Shown: one piece after another, positions 59,688-64,000 of the stretch | Layout: every line of letters begins with the position of its first letter | Numbering within the stretch: the first letter of the stretch is position 1 | Notes under the pieces: generated by a model | What the model saw: the letters and a program-made list of their open reading frames with translations, nothing else | The model's database searches: none | Told to the model about the DNA's origin: nothing | Position numbers and translations under genes: made by a program | Origin: Bilabrum cf. latius | Taxonomy: Eukaryota | Direction of reading: 5' to 3' | Length of the DNA stretch: 64,000 nucleotides | Assembly: GCA_965178125.1 (NCBI GenBank) | Contig: OZ237765.1 | Span: forward strand, 744,001 to 808,000

Positions 59688-62600
59688 TTACGTACTGCCC
59701 GTCCTTGCGACCGACTCTGCACCGAGGTGGCGTGACTGCTGCGCGTACCGCGCTGCGACCCACAGGGTCAAGCTAGCACTCCACAGTATCCCCAGCATGG
59801 ACAGCACTAGTGGCCCGCCCACTAGTATGCCCCGCTCCCACAGCCACAGCCTTGCGTCAAGCAACTCTCGCGCGGGCGACTCGTGCCGCGCAACCGCGCA
59901 GAACCCGGCAGAGGCCGGGTCCTGCATCGAGGTGCACCAACCGCCCAGCGAAAGCGCAGCAAAGAGGCCGAGATCCTCGAGCAGCCGCACCGCAATAGAC
60001 TGCACCCGCACTCGGCCCACCCACTCTTGCACGGGATTTGTGGCCCACCCAGCCAAGCCACCAGTACCCCCCAGCAGCATGAGCATGTGGCTGGGCCCCG
60101 CGTCCCACGCAAGCAGCGACACCAACCGCATGGCTACTATGGAGCTCTTGCTCGGGGTCTTTGCGCGGGCAAGAGGCAACCAATGCCCATCGATCAAGTG
60201 CTATCGACTACTGGTTTCCCCGCTGCTCCGGACTCTGTTGTACTACATGCTCTTGCCGGAAGCGGCCGACGGGTGTGCCATCAACGCGTCGGCTCGATCA
60301 TGCTTGTACGCTTGCTCCTACGCGTGTACCAGCTCCGCGACACAGTCCGTCTGTGGCTCGAGCGAGCCTCCGGAGCTGTCCATCGACTGCACCATTGGCC
60401 CCGTGTCCACAGCGAGAATGCACCCGCCCGCAACCTGGCTGTGCACGCGCATGTCCGACTCGGAGGGCGCACCACTGCTACGTAGGCGACTCGATGGGAC
60501 CACCGGACTGGCGCCTGAGTCCAGGGCTGCCGCTCCGGTGTTTGGATGCTGTGGTAGGAAATGCAACGAGTCAGTTCCAGCGTGAAAGCTTCGTGGGGAG
60601 TTCCTGCCCTGCATGGCTAGTCGGTATTTCGGGCCCGACTGCGCCGCGGGATGAATCGCGGTGAGCTGTGCATCGCTTGCAAATCGGCTCCCTTGCCCAA
60701 GCAGCTCGATCAGCATGCTCGTGGCATCGTGTCCCATGCAAGTCAGTATAGCTCTGCAAGCCCCGCCCAACCCAGCAGCTACCACCAGAACAGCTCCCGC
60801 CCCTGACAGATCGGCAGCGATAAGGGATAAGGCCAGCAGGATGTACCCCATGGCGCGAGCGACACCCGCCGCTGCTATCAAGTCAAGAGTACATACTAGC
60901 GAGACATCAGAGCTGCCGACCCCCTGCCCACCGCTGCTATCCTGATCCTCCCCTAGGAGCACACTAGATAGCCCTGCAGGGTCTTTGTCCACCATGCAAA
61001 AGCTTTGATGCACGCACTGCCCTACCGCCCCCACGACGCACAGCAACCCTACAGCCACGGTGCACCATGCCCAGGGAGAGGCGCTCAGCTGCGCTGCAGG
61101 ACACCTGTCCCACCTGCTGGCAGACCCCTCGCGCAGGCAAGGCAGCCGCACTTCAAGCCGCGCGCTGGATGCGTTCACAACTGGTAGCCACACGCCTCCC
61201 GGCAGCTGACCAGCTCGCAATAGCCGCACGAGACGCTGCGCCAGAGCCCCGGCGCTGCGAGTCCTCTGCTGCGGCACCCCGAGAACCTGCACTGCGGGCA
61301 GAGGCCTGAGTCTGACCTTGACGTCAATCTCCATGCGGATCACGGGCGGGTGCACCGAGGGTTGCAGCTTGGTCAGGCTCTGCTGGCTTGAGGCGGCTTC
61401 GGGTCGATCGGTGGGCAAGTCGCCGATGGGCCATTGCGGTGGATGTGCTCTGATGCCCATGATGAGGGGCTCAATACGGCGAGTGTCGAGGGAGACGTTC
61501 CTGCCCTGGTCTGCGTCCCACTCCCCCAAAAGATCTGCGATGTCAGCGCCTAGCTCCGCGGAGAGATGGTGCAGCTGGTCTGGGCTCGGCTCGGGATATT
61601 GCAGCCCCGGTGGTGCAGCGGGCTAGGGGGTCATGACCTGGGCTTGCGGCCACATATTTCGGTCGAAGTCGAGCGTGAAGTGCACCAGGGCAGTGCTGGA
61701 CTGCTCCCTCTGGGCCCATGCGGCAGAAAATGACAGCTCAACGCCTTTGCCCCGGTCGTTGACACACGTCAGTGTATGCTCGGCCCCATTGTGTGAGGCT
61801 GTAGCTCCATTCACAGGCAGGGGCGGTGACCCCGACCAGGCTGAAGACCACACCCTCGACACCGAGGCAGCCATGGCCCACCCGGTTGGTCTACCTGTGG
61901 GACTCGGTTCCATCACCAGGTCGACGGGCACATGGTCGGGATCATTGCACTTTGCCCTGCACACGGGTCGATACTAGAAGGCACCGATCAAAGACGTGTC
62001 GTTGCACTCCCATCCTCCCCCATTCACGACGGGCAGCTGCTGCAGCGCGGCCCCTGGGATTATGCGATCTAGCCGTACCCCCCTATACCTGGCGAATGGT
62101 CCTATCAGCGGAGATATCATCTCCTATGGCAGGGACCAAGCAGGTGACACCGGATCTTGGAGCGGTGTCGCGCTGCCATTCAGCGATGGGCTGGCTCGAG
62201 GTCCACGAAGGCGAGATATAGGCGGGCGCCAGGCACCGTGGGATGGAGGGTATGCCCTGCGGAACTCGCCGCCTATGGTCACTGCTCGCGTGGAAGTGGC
62301 CGCGGGATAGTCAAAGTGCACCAGATCTATGTTATACTCGCTGGTATTCACTGAGTATAGAGAAGCGCAGCCCAATTTGCCAGCCCTGCGCCAGGCAGGC
62401 AGGGCCTTCTGAGCGTCCATCCAGGACTACGACGCGGCGCTGATGGCGGATTGGCTCCATTGCAATTTGTTATCGAAAGAATGATCGTTAGTGCCTGCCC
62501 CTAGGGCGACAGTGGGGGAACAGTTCCTGGCCTGCACGCAGGAGGGGTCGTCCAGCAGCACGATGGCAGCGACCAGGACCGGCTCAGTGCCCCCCTTCTC

Positions 62601-64000
62601 GCTGCTGCAGACCACGGTGCTGGCTTCAAGGGAGTGGCCGATGTCCATGGTGGGCACGGTGTCCATCATGGTTTGCGTCACGGGCACGCGGTTGAGGCGC
62701 CATGGGTAGCCTGTCTGCGGGTATCCCAGGTGCAGCAGTCTGGAGCCGTTGGTGGGCAGCACGGCCACCGTGCCCGGAGGATAGGTCACCGACACCACCT
62801 GGTGCCAGCGATTGCCCTGATGAGCAATATGTTCCTGCTGGGATCCCCCTCTGAAGCTGAAATACTACTCCACGACCCCCACCGCAGTGGTGGCCTGTGC
62901 CACTGCGTAGTCTTGCTCGAACACAGACCGGTTGGCGAGGGATGGCCCTGTGTGCGGGATCAAGGGACATGCACCGGGCGATACAGCCCCATGGTCTGCA
63001 CTGGCAAACATGCCCCGACCTGGGTCTTCCCACTGAGGGGGCCACAGTGTGGCCTGTCTGCAAGTGTCGTTCGGTGCGATGGGCACGTCCATGGGGGTGC
63101 ACCTCGGGGAGTACAGCGCCCTGGGGCACACGGTGTGATGAGTGAACAGCCGAGGCTGTCTCATGTATCCGTATGTATTCAAGTCCACCTGTGTCCCTGC
63201 AGAGTAGTCCCTGTACACACGCGGCGATGTGAGGGGCTGCTGCGGGACGGGGCTCCAAGGCCGCTCTGACTCCCCGAGCCCGATGATGCCAGGCCACTGG
63301 TAGTAGCCAGCCGTGATCAAGCCGCCCGTGATGTGGTTGTCGGAGCTGCTAGGCTGTCGGAACTGAAAGAACCACTGCTCTTCCGTCCATGGCTCGACGC
63401 TGCGGGTCGGCGGGAACAGGGCGGACCGGCTTGTGGTGCAAGCAACAGCCAGTGCCGGCGGTTCTTGGGCGGTAGCTGCGGCTGGCGTGTACCCCTTATC
63501 GGCCGCCATTGTGGCAAAATTTAATATTTTGAGGGGGTTCCTAGCACTGACACCATTGGCTCGTGCTAACTGTCCCTCTGGACCTGCGCTCCAATTCCAC
63601 CGCATCGTAGCTTGATTTCGAATGGAGCCTGACCAGGGTTGCTGTACGACATCGCAGCCAAGCCCAATGTTCTGCTCCATGCTTTCGTTGTAATGGATGA
63701 TTCGCGAAGAACGAACAGCCGCCGGGCCAGTTCCTGTTGCATTAGCTGGCCAGGCTGCTCGCCACAATGCTGCTTGCCAGTGGGTCAATCGGGAACGATT
63801 ACAACGGGATGCAACGAGTAAGAAAATGACCAGCTTCGTTCGATTGATTACTTCTCATGGTATTGTTAGTCTGTGTGCACTCACAATTGCACACGGGCTC
63901 GCTTTGCGAAGCGAAAGGCAGCAAAATACTCGCGCCTGCGTCTCGCATAGTCTCGATGGTCCTCGCATCACATCCCAGATGCAGCAGGATTGCAGCAAAG
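59688..64000 (-). CDS. Large membrane protein of unknown function (long ectodomain, several C-terminal TM segments); 5' end outside the window
   Basis: Partial exon 64000-63885, intron 63884-63770, then one frame to TAA 59688 with 8 in-frame TAG (62865, 62427, 62124, 61974, 61623, 60318, 60243, 60201). Confidence 0.6.

Noticed and set aside
47-64000. In-frame TAGs as pseudogenisation, C-to-T hypermutation or sequencing error
   Set aside because: There are no frameshifts and no internal TGA (from CGA/TGG) or TAA (from CAA). Catalytic motifs are intact, and many essential genes are affected in the same way.

Overview
Gene-dense, GC-rich eukaryotic nuclear DNA with short GT-AG introns near the 5' ends of genes. 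The source is probably a non-photosynthetic flagellated protist: it has ALA synthase, CFAP91 and GCP2. A Cafeteria-like stramenopile is only my guess from style. The main result is a non-standard nuclear genetic code in which TAG is a sense codon, almost certainly Gln. Same-frame ORF fragments in the supplied track join across TAG into about 23 intact genes. By hand I count about 77 internal in-frame TAGs in 17 genes and no internal TAA or TGA. TAG occupies conserved Gln positions, e.g. COQ8 VKV*YPG, GCP2 YWE*RF and DUF5054 S*RDVPG. Of the 23 genes, 20 end in TGA and 3 in TAA, and each TAA is followed by an in-frame TGA after only 1-3 intervening codons. This points to UAG uncoupled from UAA. 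A second unexplained signal is a dispersed 12-mer, CACTCGTCACAC, with 10 exact copies on both strands and in all reading frames. No rRNA, tRNA, CRISPR array or mobile element was seen. All gene models were traced by hand using TAG=Gln, and family calls rest on recognised motifs, not database searches.
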